Shown here: one piece after another, positions 22,068-31,602 of the stretch
Layout of the letters: each line of letters begins with the position of its first letter
How positions within the stretch are numbered: the stretch's first letter is position 1
Assembly (NCBI GenBank): GCA_963758715.1
Contig: CAVWWK010000014.1
Location: 68,381 to 132,380 of the forward strand
Length of the DNA: 64,000 bases
Direction: 5' to 3'
Source: an uncultured Actinomycetes bacterium
Lineage (GTDB): Bacteria > Actinomycetota > UBA4738 > HRBIN12
Made by a program: the position numbers and the translations under genes
Notes under the pieces: model-generated
The model's database searches: none
Seen by the model: only the letters and a program-made list of their open reading frames with translations
What the model was told of the DNA's origin: nothing

Positions 22068-23338
22068 TCCGCCCCCTTGGGTCTCGACCCCTGTCCGTCG
22101 TCCGAAAGCGCTCGGTACTTACGGAATGAAGGCACGAGCCAAGCGATGGCTCCCGCGCCAACGATGCACATCAAGCCGCCGGAAACCACGGACACGGTCA
22201 CCCCCCAGATCGACGCCGACGAGGCCCGCCTCGAGATCGCCCAGACGTGGACCGCCCGCGACCACGAGGTAGTTGATGCTCGATAGGCGTCCGCGCAACT
22301 CATCCGGTACCGAGAGTTGGATGATCGTTCCTCGGAAGATCGCGGAGATCACATCGGCTGCCCCGGCGCATGCCAGGAGCAGGACCGCCATCCAGAGTTG
22401 CTCGGCTAGTCCGAACGCGGCGATCGCCGCTCCCCAAGCCGTGATTGCCCACAGCACCGCCTGCCCCTGATGTCTGATCCTGCGCACCCACCCACCCGTC
22501 AGCGCACCGACGACCGCGCCGAGGGCTGGCGCGGCGAAGAGGAAGCCGACGGCGGCGGCGCCCTCCCCGAACCGCGTGACGGCGATCAGCGGGAACAACG
22601 CACGAGGCATGCCGAAGATCATGGCGACCAGGTCGGCCCCGAACGCCGCCTGCAGCACCCGGCGACGTCGCAGGTAGCGGAAGCCATCCGCCACGGCGGC
22701 CAGTCCCCGCTGCGGCCGACCGTCGCGTTCGACGGGCACGGGACGGATCGACCAGACGATGGAGAACATCGCGATGCTCGACGCGAGGTCGAGACCGTAG
22801 GCGACGCGGAGTCCGAACCGTTCGATCACGATGCCCGCGACGGCGGGTCCAAGGAGCGCCGTGGCGTTCATCACGACCTGGTTCAGCGTCAGTGCCGGCG
22901 CCAACCGCTCACGACCGACCAGCCGCGGAACGGTGGCGTTGCGCACCGACGCGTCGATCGCGGAAACCCCGGAAAGGATCGCGACACCGAGGTACACGAG
23001 GGCGACCGGTGGTCGCCCTATCACCGCGCCGAACAGCAGGAGCGCGCTTCCGAACGCGGCGCCGACCTGAGCACCAGCAGGGTGCGGCGCCGGTCGACGG
23101 CGTCGATGAACGTCCCACCGACGACGATCCCGATCACGATGCCGACCAGCCCAACGAATCCGACGAGCCCGACCGCGACGGTCGATCCGGTGAGCTCGAA
23201 CACCTGCACGAAGGTCGCAACGATCGTGAAGTGGTAGCCCGTCCCGGACAGGAACAGACCCATCCAGAGCCGCCTGAAGTCGCGAGACGCCCGCAGGGGA
23301 CCGACATCGATCGCGATCCGGCGAAGCAGTGGCGCCAT
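22043..23338 (-). pseudogene. MFS transporter (EntS/MFS_3-like), two frame breaks
   Basis: ORFs 23021..23338 (RDFRRLWMGLFLSGTGYHF...), 22119..23024 and 22043..22303 join colinearly into a protein of about 12 TM helices. Breaks lie near 23030 and 22290. The 3' end overlaps the convergent crotonase gene by about 25 nt. Confidence 0.8.
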
Positions 23339-23533
23339 CGTCCTCTATCCAGCCGTCAAAGGCAGTCTCCCCAGTTCAAGGATGGCCGACACACGAACAA
23401 GCTTCACTTCGTGCTCGAACTATCTGTCCCGGTGGTCACGCGATCATCGATTTCCATGACCACCCGGCGCAGGCAAGGTATCGTGCACGCGGCATCAAAA
23501 CTTCTCGAACGGTGAGGAAGGGAGCTACGAACG

Positions 23534-23923
23534 ATGGTGGCCGAGATCGAATTCGGAGAGATCCTGTGGACGACGATCGTGATCTTCTTCATGATCGCCT
23601 ACCTGATGATCCTGTTCAGGGTCATCTTCGACATCTTCCGCAACCATGAGATGTCCGGAGGCGTGAAAGCGATATGGCTGATCGCCTTGCTCTTCCTGCC
23701 AGTGCTGACGTTGTTCATCTACGTGATCACGCAGGGACGCAGCATGGCCGAGCGCGACATGGCGCAGCACAAGGCGGCCGAGGCGGACTTCCAGCAGTAC
23801 GTGCAGAAGGCGGCGGGCGATTCCGGCCCAGCCAGCGAGATAGCCAAGGCGAAGGAGCTGCTCGACGCGGGTTCGATCACCCAGGAGGAGTACGAGGCGC
23901 TCAAGCGGAAAGCCCTCGCGTAG
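23534..23923 (+). CDS. Small membrane protein with PLD-nuclease-N-terminal-like TM domain and C-terminal SHOCT domain
   Basis: Intact 129-aa ORF preceded by GAGGAAGGGAG. It has two TM helices (ILWTTIVIFFMIAYLMILF; AIWLIALLFLPVLTLFIYVI). The C-terminus IAKAKELLDAGSITQEEYEALKRKAL matches the SHOCT pattern. Confidence 0.8.
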   Translation: MVAEIEFGEILWTTIVIFFMIAYLMILFRVIFDIFRNHEMSGGVKAIWLIALLFLPVLTLFIYVITQGRSMAERDMAQHKAAEADFQQYVQKAAGDSGPASEIAKAKELLDAGSITQEEYEALKRKALA

Positions 23924-24154
23924 TCGAGGCTCCACGCGGTCGGCGCGAGGAGCCCGCGCGTCGATCGTCGAAGCGAGGGCTGAGAGCCCCACGGGCTTAC
24001 TCTTCAGCGGGCTTGCGCGCCTTCGCGATCACGCTCGTCGCGACCGTCGCGAGCCGTTCCGCAGGGATCAGCCGCCTCATCAGGTCGATCAGGTCCAGGG
24101 TGAACAGCGGGCACAGCGCGGCTTGCTCCACCCCGTACGGGATTCTCCGCAACC

Positions 24155-24493
24155 ATGGCCTTCCTCGAACGGTTCGGCGGCGCGGTCGCCGAAGTCTCCC
24201 ACGACACGACCGCCTTCGGTCACCGCGACGCTGAGTACGACCTCGTCATCGCATCGATGTGGTCGGAGGAACGCGAACAAGAGACGCACATCGAGTGGGC
24301 GAAGGCGTTCTGGGACGCGATGAAGCCGTACTCGACCGACTCCGTATACGTGAACTACCTCAGCGAGGAAGGAGAAGACCGGGTCCGAGAGGCCTACGGC
24401 GGGGACCACTACGCACGCCTGGCCGAGCTCAAGCGGACGTTCGACCCGCAGAACGTCTTCCGCAACAACCAGAACATCCTCCCGACGGCATGA
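24155..24493 (+). pseudogene. C-terminal fragment (about 110 aa) of an FAD-linked oxidase (BBE/berberine-bridge-like C-terminal domain)
   Basis: Translation reads ...VSHDTTAFGHRDAEYDLVIASMW...EWAKAFWDAMKPYSTDSVYVNYLSEEGEDRVREAYGGDHYARLAELKRTFDPQNVFRNNQNI. This is the typical end of FAD/PCMH-type oxidases of about 450 aa. Only about 230 nt separate it from the upstream gene, so the FAD-binding part is absent. Confidence 0.7.
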
Positions 24494-24567
24494 GCCGAGG
24501 TGCCTACGCTGGCCACGTCCCTTGGAGTGTGATCCCGCGCTCAGCCTGAGCGCGCGTTGCGGGCGCC

Positions 24568-25020
24568 TCACCCGGGCTTGAAGTCGGGCCTCCCGTCGCC
24601 CGGCGTCGAGACGAGCACAGCGTCGACACCGGTGAGCTCGGCGAGCCTTGCCGATACCCGGTTGAACCCGTCTCGATCCCACGCGCCGACCGACTCGATC
24701 ACGCGTGCGTCGTCCCCGACCAGGTAGAGCGTGGGTACCGACTCCACGGCATACGCGTCGGAGATCGCGTACGGCGGGGAGTCCTCGATCGACGTGATGC
24801 CCATGTCGTAGGCTCAGTAAAGCGAGGCGAGCTTCGGGTCGGGATCCTGTCCGATGCCGAGAACACGGCCCGGGTAGGCCCGCTCGAACGCGTGCATCGG
24901 CGGCGCCGCCATCTGGCAGGTGGGGCACGTCACCTTGTAGAAGAACAGTCCGACGGGTCCATCGCCGAAACCGATCCCGGAGATCGGCGGAGCAACGTCA
25001 CCCACCTGCAGAGGACTCAC
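24568..25020 (-). pseudogene. Thioredoxin-fold redoxin (TlpA/AhpC-TSA-like) interrupted by an in-frame TGA
   Basis: ORFs 24814..25020 (active site FYKVTCPTCQ) and 24568..24804 (...VESVPTLYLVGDDARV...) are in the same frame. They are separated only by a TGA at 24814-24816 (...KLASLY*AYDMGITS...). Confidence 0.75.
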
Positions 25021-25061
25021 ATATCCGAGCCTACGCAGTCGACGCTACTCCGGCCACCATG

Positions 25062-25140
25062 TCAGTCCGGGCACTGCGCGACATGGAGGAGCTGGTCGCA
25101 TTCCTCGTCGGTTAGCTCGCGCGGTGACCTCGCGACGGGG
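25062..25140 (-). pseudogene. Orphan remnant of the giant-gene C-terminal tail (REVTAR-ELTDEECDQLLHVAQCPD*)
   Basis: The minus-strand translation ending at the TGA at 25062-25064 matches the last 25 or so residues of the WD40 giants (compare ...REVTRELTDEECRQFL.LEQCPD* at 26407). No WD40 sequence lies upstream, and there is one frame slip inside the remnant. Confidence 0.55.
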
Positions 25141-25417
25141 AGCTCTCCTCGCGCGGAGCACGTCTGTTCCTGGCGAAGGCACAGGCAGCTGTTCCGCCGG
25201 TATCAAGGGAGACGGCCCCGAGCAAGGTCTTGAGTGGACTTTGCCCTGATTCCGCTTCTCCTCCGACGAGGGACGTTGAACCTCACCCCAAGGTCTCTTG
25301 AGAGGGCCAACGGACGAGAAGGCCAGCGTCTGTCGTGAACGGCGAAAGACATCGGTCCATCAGGTCGGCCGCTCGCCGTCCGGCGGAGCTCAGGTGCCTG
25401 AAGGGAGGGGAAGGCTT

Positions 25418-26362
25418 ATGTGTGTGTCGAGGACCGTGAGGCAAGGAGGGTGGTCGTTGGCGGTTCGGTTCCGGGTGGTCGTTGCGGTGATCGCGCTGAT
25501 GACGGGCGGTTGCAGCGACAACGTCGGCGCCCCGACGTCCGCCGGAGACGGCAGTGAGCCCCAAGAGGTCAAGATCGTCGCAGTCGACTACGCGTACTCT
25601 GACGTTCCCGAGCTCGAGGGCGGCGTGATCAACCTGACCTTCGAGAACCAGGGCACGGCGGGCCACGAGTTCGCCCTGGCTGGGATCGGCGACACGCCGG
25701 TCGATCGTTGGGTGGAGGATCTGGGAGGCGGTTCGGGCCTTGAGGGCAAGCCCTTCCCCGACTACGTGGACCAGGTCGCAGTGCCCCCGTTCGTGAGTAC
25801 CGAGGGGGGCACAACAGCGGAGGCGACGTTCACCCTCAGCGAGGGGCGATACGCGCTGTTCTGCTCGATCAAGGACGCCGCGAAGGGCGACGAGAGGGCG
25901 CGCCACTACGAGCTCGGCATGATCCAGGCAATAACGGTCTTGGGTGGAGACGCAGACCCGCAGCTTCCCGAGGCAGATGGCACCATCACCGCTCGGGACT
26001 ACGCCTTCGAAGTCGACCTCGATGCCGGGGACAGGAGCGTGAACTTCATCAACGAAGGCCCCCACCAGGTGCACCTCACCGCCGTCGAGCGTTACCCGGA
26101 AGGCGTCGACGCTGTGGAAGCGGAGGAGGCTTTCGAGGCGTCACTCGAGCCTGGGCCACTGCCCGAGGGCTTCCCCTCGCCCGATGAGGGGCTCGGGTTC
26201 AGCGGCATCTTCAGCGACGGGCTGGGCGCCAGGCTGCTGTTCGATGAAGGAGGGTTCGAATCAGGTCGCACCTACCTGTTTGCGTGCTGGCTCGCGGACC
26301 GAGCCGGCGGCGAACCGCACGCGATCGCCGACGACATGTATGAGATCGTCACGATCGAGTAG
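25418..26362 (+). CDS. Lipoprotein with two cupredoxin-like domains
   Basis: A strong SD (GAAGGGAGGGGAAGG) precedes the ATG at 25418. The protein has a signal peptide plus lipobox VIALMTGGC. Two similar halves each carry a His...Cys...His...Met pattern (GHEFAL / FCSIKDAAKGDERARHYELGM, and GPHQVHL / FACWLADRAGGEPHAIADDM). The ORF is intact. Confidence 0.8.
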   Translation: MCVSRTVRQGGWSLAVRFRVVVAVIALMTGGCSDNVGAPTSAGDGSEPQEVKIVAVDYAYSDVPELEGGVINLTFENQGTAGHEFALAGIGDTPVDRWVEDLGGGSGLEGKPFPDYVDQVAVPPFVSTEGGTTAEATFTLSEGRYALFCSIKDAAKGDERARHYELGMIQAITVLGGDADPQLPEADGTITARDYAFEVDLDAGDRSVNFINEGPHQVHLTAVERYPEGVDAVEAEEAFEASLEPGPLPEGFPSPDEGLGFSGIFSDGLGARLLFDEGGFESGRTYLFACWLADRAGGEPHAIADDMYEIVTIE

Positions 26363-26406
26363 CGGCTCGCTGTTCGTGCCGCCACATTCTGGCATGCACG
26401 TTCCGG

Positions 26407-29400
26407 TTAGTCCGGGCATTGCTCCAGGCGAGGAACTGCCGGCACTCCTCGTCGGTGAGCTCTCGCGTGACTTCCCGACGGGCGATCTCGAGCAGGTCGT
26501 CGATCTCGAGCGCCCAGATCCGGACGCTGTCCCCAACCAAGCCGATCCCGACCGAGGCCAGCCTCCGGCCGTCGGGGCTGAATTCGAGGCCCGTGGCACC
26601 CGCGATCTCCTCACGAAGGACCACCTGCTCGCCCGTGCCCGTATCGAGCAGAGCGATCGACGAGTTCTGGAACGAGGTCGCGATGCGCGAACCGTCGGGA
26701 CTGATCGCGACGTCCCAGATTGCTGCCGAGCGGCCGGCCGGACTCCTCCGCCACGCGAGCCCCGGTTCGGACGTCCCAGGTCTCGACGACCTCCCCGTCG
26801 AACGTCACGAGACGAGCGCCCGTCTCGATCGAACGCGATCTCCCCGAGCCCCGTCTCGATCTCCTGGACGACATGACGTCGCCGCCAGTCCCAGATCCGG
26901 ACCAGCGCGTCCTCCGCGGTGCCGCCATGCACTCGGACCGACGTCGCGAGGTAGCGGCCGTCCGGGCTGAACAGGGCGGCTCGGACGTGGTGGGCGTCCT
27001 CCTCGTCGCAGGACCACGACCTCCCGCCCAGATCGATCCAGGATCCTCACCGAACTCGGTCCGGCGCCCATGCGCGACGAGAGTCCCATCCGGACTCCAG
27101 ACGGCGCGGAGGTTGCCATGCGGCCTCGTGGTGAAGAGCGCGTCGCCGGTCGCCGTGTCGTACGCGGTGACCCTGGCGCGCCTGGCGACCAAGTCGTCGA
27201 TGACGATCGCCTCGCTGTCGATGACGATCGAGCTGCCATCCGGGCTTACCGCAAGCTCCGGGTGCGCCGCTCGCGGATAGGCCGTTGTCCCCGGGACACC
27301 GATCGTTCGGAGCTTTCGGAGAGGATCGAGTCCCCAGATCGCCACCGAGCCCCATCCGTTGGTTATGGCCACCCGATCCCCGTCCGCGACGAACCCGACG
27401 TGTCCGAAGGCGAGCGGAGCCGGAAGGTTCCCCAACTCGGCGTCACCGGTCGGACCTATATCCCAGATCTTCACGGCGGAGCGGTCGGCGGCGCCGGCGA
27501 GCACCCGGTTCCCGTCCGGCGAGAACGCCACGCCGCCGATCCCGCTGGACATCTCCGGCGACGACAGCGACATGAGCTCCCTGCCCTCGTTCTCGCCGAC
27601 CTTCCATACCTGCGCGGCCCCCTCGTCACCTCCGGAGACGATGCGCGTTCCATCGGGGCTCCACGCAACCGACCAGACGAACGACCTCTGGCCCCACAGC
27701 TCGTGCTGGACGCGCCCCGACCTCGCGTCCCAGGTCTCGATCACGCCGCTGGATCCGACCGTGGCGATCGATCGGTCGTCGGGGCTCCAGGCCAGTGCGT
27801 CGACGAGTTCGGGGCCATGGAGCTTGACCATGCGTCGCCGGTCGAAACGTCCATGATCACGACGCCGCCGTCGTCGTCAGCGACCGCGATCATCCGTCCG
27901 TCGGCGCTGAGGGCCGCGTCCTCGACGGGGTAGTCACCGGACGCGTTGAGGTTTCGGAACGTCCGGGTCGCGGCCCCATGAGCGAGGTCCACGAACCGGA
28001 TGGTACGGAAGTTCCACACGGCGGCGGCAAGCGCCCCACCGCCGCTGAAGGAGGGGTCCTCGACGGACCCCGGGCCCGTCTCGCTCGTGATGAGCCTTCC
28101 CGTCTCGGGATCCCATACCTTCAACATCCCGTCGTCGCCGGTGGTGGCCAGCATGGTGCCGTCCCGGCTGAACGCCGCGTCAGTGATGTCGCCTGTCGTG
28201 TCCGCGGAAAGGAGGGAGGGCGCTCTCACCTGAATCGGCGTCACGGATGTCGATGATCCCCGCTCCTCCTGGGACCCTGGGTGACGAAGACACCCTTCGC
28301 GCTCCAGGCCACCTCCCCTCCGACGCCCGGGGTCGTCGCCACAACCCGTGAGGTCGTGACGGCTTGGTGCAGCGCCTCCTCCGCCTCGGGAAGAACCGAC
28401 CCGTCCACCGATCTCGTGTGGTCGACCGCCTCCATCGCCAGCAGGATGCTTCGCTCGGGATCGACCTGGAGGTTCGCGACCGCAGCCGCGGCCAGTCCCC
28501 TCGCGGTGGCGACCCTCGCCTCTCGCGCCGCCTCGTCGCTCTCATTGGTCGCGATGATGGTGAGTGTGCCGGCGACCAGCGCTGCGACTGCGAAGACGGC
28601 CACGAGTGCGCGCAGCCTCGTCCGCGCGCGGCGCTCGACGTGCCGCTCGTGCTCGCCCCGCTCCCGCTCCACCGCGCGTTCCCGCTCGCGTTCGTCGATG
28701 CTCGCCTTGAGGTAGGACCGCCCAGGCCTGCCGATCGCGAGGTCGGTGGTCGTCGCCCAGGCTTCGGCTTGCTCGAGTCGCGCACCCCGCAACAGGAAGC
28801 TCGGGTCCTGCTGGGAGCCCCGCCATTCCGCGCTGGCTCGCGCGAGGCGCCGTTCCTGCCTGAGGTCGTCGCGCGCGTCGTCGATCCAGCCGGCCATCCG
28901 CTTCCATGCGCCGAGGAGCGCCTCGTGGGCGATCTCGACCGTCGGCTCGCGGGTGGAAGGCTCGCGATCGAAGGTCAACAGGCGGTGGTGTCCGAAGGTG
29001 TCAAGCACCTCGTCGACCTCGGCCGGATCCACGTCGAGGTCGACCAGCTCCCTCCTCGCCACCCGCCGTCGGGTGTCATGCCGGCCTTCGCCCAGCGTGA
29101 CGAGCCGCAGGAACACCTGCTTGATCGCTCGTCGTCCATCGGCGTCGGTCGCCTCGTACGTGCGCTCCGCCCTCGCCGACAGCGCTCCCGCGACGCCCCC
29201 GATCTTCCGGTAGGCGTCGAGGGTCAGTCGTTCCTCGTCACGCCGTTCGAACAGCTCTGTGAGCGCGTACTGCAGCAGGGGGAGCCCGCCCGGCTGATGG
29301 GCAACGTCGGCGATCATCTCCGCCACCAAGCCGGGCTCCGCCCTGACGCCTTCCTGCTCGGCGGGCCCTCGGATCGCCTGCTCGAGCTCGTCGGGGGTCA

Positions 29401-31450
29401 TCGGGGGAACCGCCTCGGTCCGGGCGGCGAGCAGCTCTCCGAACCGTGGGTAGACGAGCGGCCGGTCGTAGAAGTCGGCGCGCAGGGTCACGACCACGCG
29501 GAGCCTGCTCCGGGGGTCGGCGGTCGCCACACGGAGGGACTCGAGGAACAGCTCCCGCTCGTGTTCGTTCGTGGTGAGCGTGAAGAGCTCTTCGAACTGG
29601 TCGATCACGAGCACGACGCCTTTGTCGTCGGATGCGACGAGATCCACCGCCTCGAGCAGCCCCCGCGTCCCACCTTCGATCACATCCTGCAGCCGGGGTG
29701 TCGGACGCACGGCGATCCGGACCAGGGCGGCCACCAGCTCGTCGATCGGGTGCGGGCCGGGGAACATCTCGGCGATTGCTGGTTCCTCCGTCCCCTCGAC
29801 CGCTCCTCTGCGGATCGCCGGTATCAACCCTGCGCGCACCACCGACGACTTGCCGCTCCCGCTCGGACCAACGACGGCGAGGAACCTGCCTGGCGATCCC
29901 GCCTCGTTCAGCTTGGCCACGAGGCGTTCGGTCAGCTCGCCCCGGCCGAAGAAGTCGCGCGACTCGGCCGACGTGAAGGGTCGGAGGCCCTTGTACGGGT
30001 TGCGCACGTCCCGGGAAGTGGGGGAAGGGCCCGCTTCCGGTTCTAGGGACGCACGCATTTCCTCTGCGAATACCGCGGCCCCCGGGACCTCCAAGCCGCT
30101 CTCGGCTCGATCGACGAGATCGGCCATTCGGTGCGGCATCTCGTGCCCCAGCAGGTCCACCGCGAGTCGTGAGAGCGCGCGCACGTCCTCCTGAGGCTCG
30201 GGCGAGGTGCCGACCGCGATACGGAAGTCGGCGAGGTATGCGTTCCCCTCGGCGTCGAGCAACACGTTGGACGGCCCGAGGTTCCCGTGGGCGACACCGT
30301 GGCGGTGGGCGAAGGCGAGCGCCGATGCGATCTGTTCGACGATGCGAACAGCCCGGTCTCGTGGGAGCGACCCTTCGCGTTCCTCGACGGCACGCACGCT
30401 GCCTCCCCGCAGGTAGCGAGAGACGATGTAGGCGCGACCGGGTTCGCGCCAGTAGTCGTGGATCGGCACGATGTGGGGGTGCTCGAGTGCCGCGACGGCT
30501 TGAGCCTCTGGTTCGAATCGACCGACGAACGACGGGTCGCTCGCGATGTGCTCCGAGATCACCTTGACGGCTACGTCACGACCGACGTGGGGCTGGATCG
30601 CGCGGAACACCGTCCCCGTCGGCCCGTCGGCGATCCTCTCGAGGAGCCGGTAACCGCGGAGCGGCTCGCCTCGCAGTTCCAGTCCGGGGTCCTGCTTGAG
30701 GATCCGCTCGTGGAGCCGTGTCAGCTCGGGCGAGGGGTCGATGCCGAGCTCGTCGGCCAGGATCTCTCGCGCGCGCTGGAAGGCGCCCAATGCTTCGCCC
30801 TGCCGTCCTTCGCGGTAGAGCGCCGTCATCAACAGGCCCCACAGGCTCTCCCTCAACGGGGTGTGGGCCAGCAGGGCCTCCAGCTCCCCGATCGCCCCGG
30901 CCTGAGCGCCGCCCGCGAGGAGCCCTTCGATGCGGTCTTCCTGCGCCTCGAGCCGAAGGTCGTCGAGACGGGCCGCTTCGGCCAACAGCGATCTCTGCTC
31001 ACCGACGTCGGCGAGGTCGGCGAGCGCGGGACCGCGCCACAGCGCCAACGCGTCCTCGAGCGTCGCGACCGCGACCGTGGGGGCGACGGGGAGGGCCTGC
31101 TTCGCGTCGCGGACGAGCGAGTCGAACCGTGCGGCGTCCAGGTCGATCGGATCGACGACCAACATGTAGCCCGGGGACCGGCCCTGGAGCCGATCGTCAC
31201 CCAGCGTCGACCGCAGCTTGGACACGTAGGTCTGCAGCGTGTGCCGCGCCTTCTCGGGTGGCTCTTCGCCCCAGATCTCACCGATCAGCGTGTCGGCCGG
31301 CACGAGCTGGTTGGCGCGAATCAAGAGGTTCGCGAGCACGGCTCGCTGCTTCGGCCCACCGAGGGGGATCGGGCCGTCCCCCGCGTCGACCTCGAGAGGT
31401 CCAAGGACGCGGAACTGCACCCGCCGACCGTACACAGACGTCGTATCCAT
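26407..31450 (-). pseudogene. Giant paralog 1: SARP wHTH + BTAD + kinase-like + P-loop STAND-type NTPase + TM helix + WD40 propeller. N-terminal 3.2 kb intact, WD40 part has about seven frame breaks
   Basis: ORF 28241..31492 (1083 aa) carries these motifs:
- FRVLGPLEV...GGPKQRAVLANLL (OmpR/SARP wHTH);
- ALALWRGPALADL...ALYREGRQGEAL (BTAD);
- VAVKV...HGNLGPSNVLL...DFRIA (kinase-like);
- NPYKGLRPF...FFGR...VVGPSGSGKSS...VLVIDQFEELF (NTPase);
- RLRALVAVFAVAALVAGTLTIIAT (hydrophobic helix).
WD40 blades continue in ORFs 27741..28244, 26611..27831, 26261..26932 and 26349..26624. The true tail ...CRQFL.LEQCPD* ends at TAA 26407-26409. The start is 31450 (MDTTSVYGRRVQF) or 31492. Confidence 0.85.
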
Positions 31451-31602
31451 GAGCAACGCAGGACGCTGCCACGCCGTTGTCAAGAACCGCACAAATGCCG
31501 GGTTTGAGCATTCGTTGCCTCAGCTCTGCCTCACCTTCGATCGAGACGGTCGACCCTTCCCAGGTCCTCATGAGGGAGGGCGATCCGATGGAAGGAGGCG
31601 GT

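Noticed and set aside
23998-24150. A minus-strand peptide reads ...YGVEQAALCPLFTLDLIDLMRRLIPAERLATVATSVIAKARKPAEE* and ends at the TAA at 23998-24000.
   Set aside because: It looks like coding sequence but has no upstream body or start. The region above 24150 on that strand is Arg-rich junk and overlaps the plus-strand BBE fragment. It is treated as a possible remnant only.
24814-24816. The in-frame TGA in the thioredoxin-fold gene might be a selenocysteine codon.
   Set aside because: The redox-active CPTC motif is intact about 40 codons upstream and contains no TGA. The stop lies in a linker position (..LASLY*AYDM..). I see no obvious stem-loop immediately downstream. A nonsense mutation or base error is more parsimonious.
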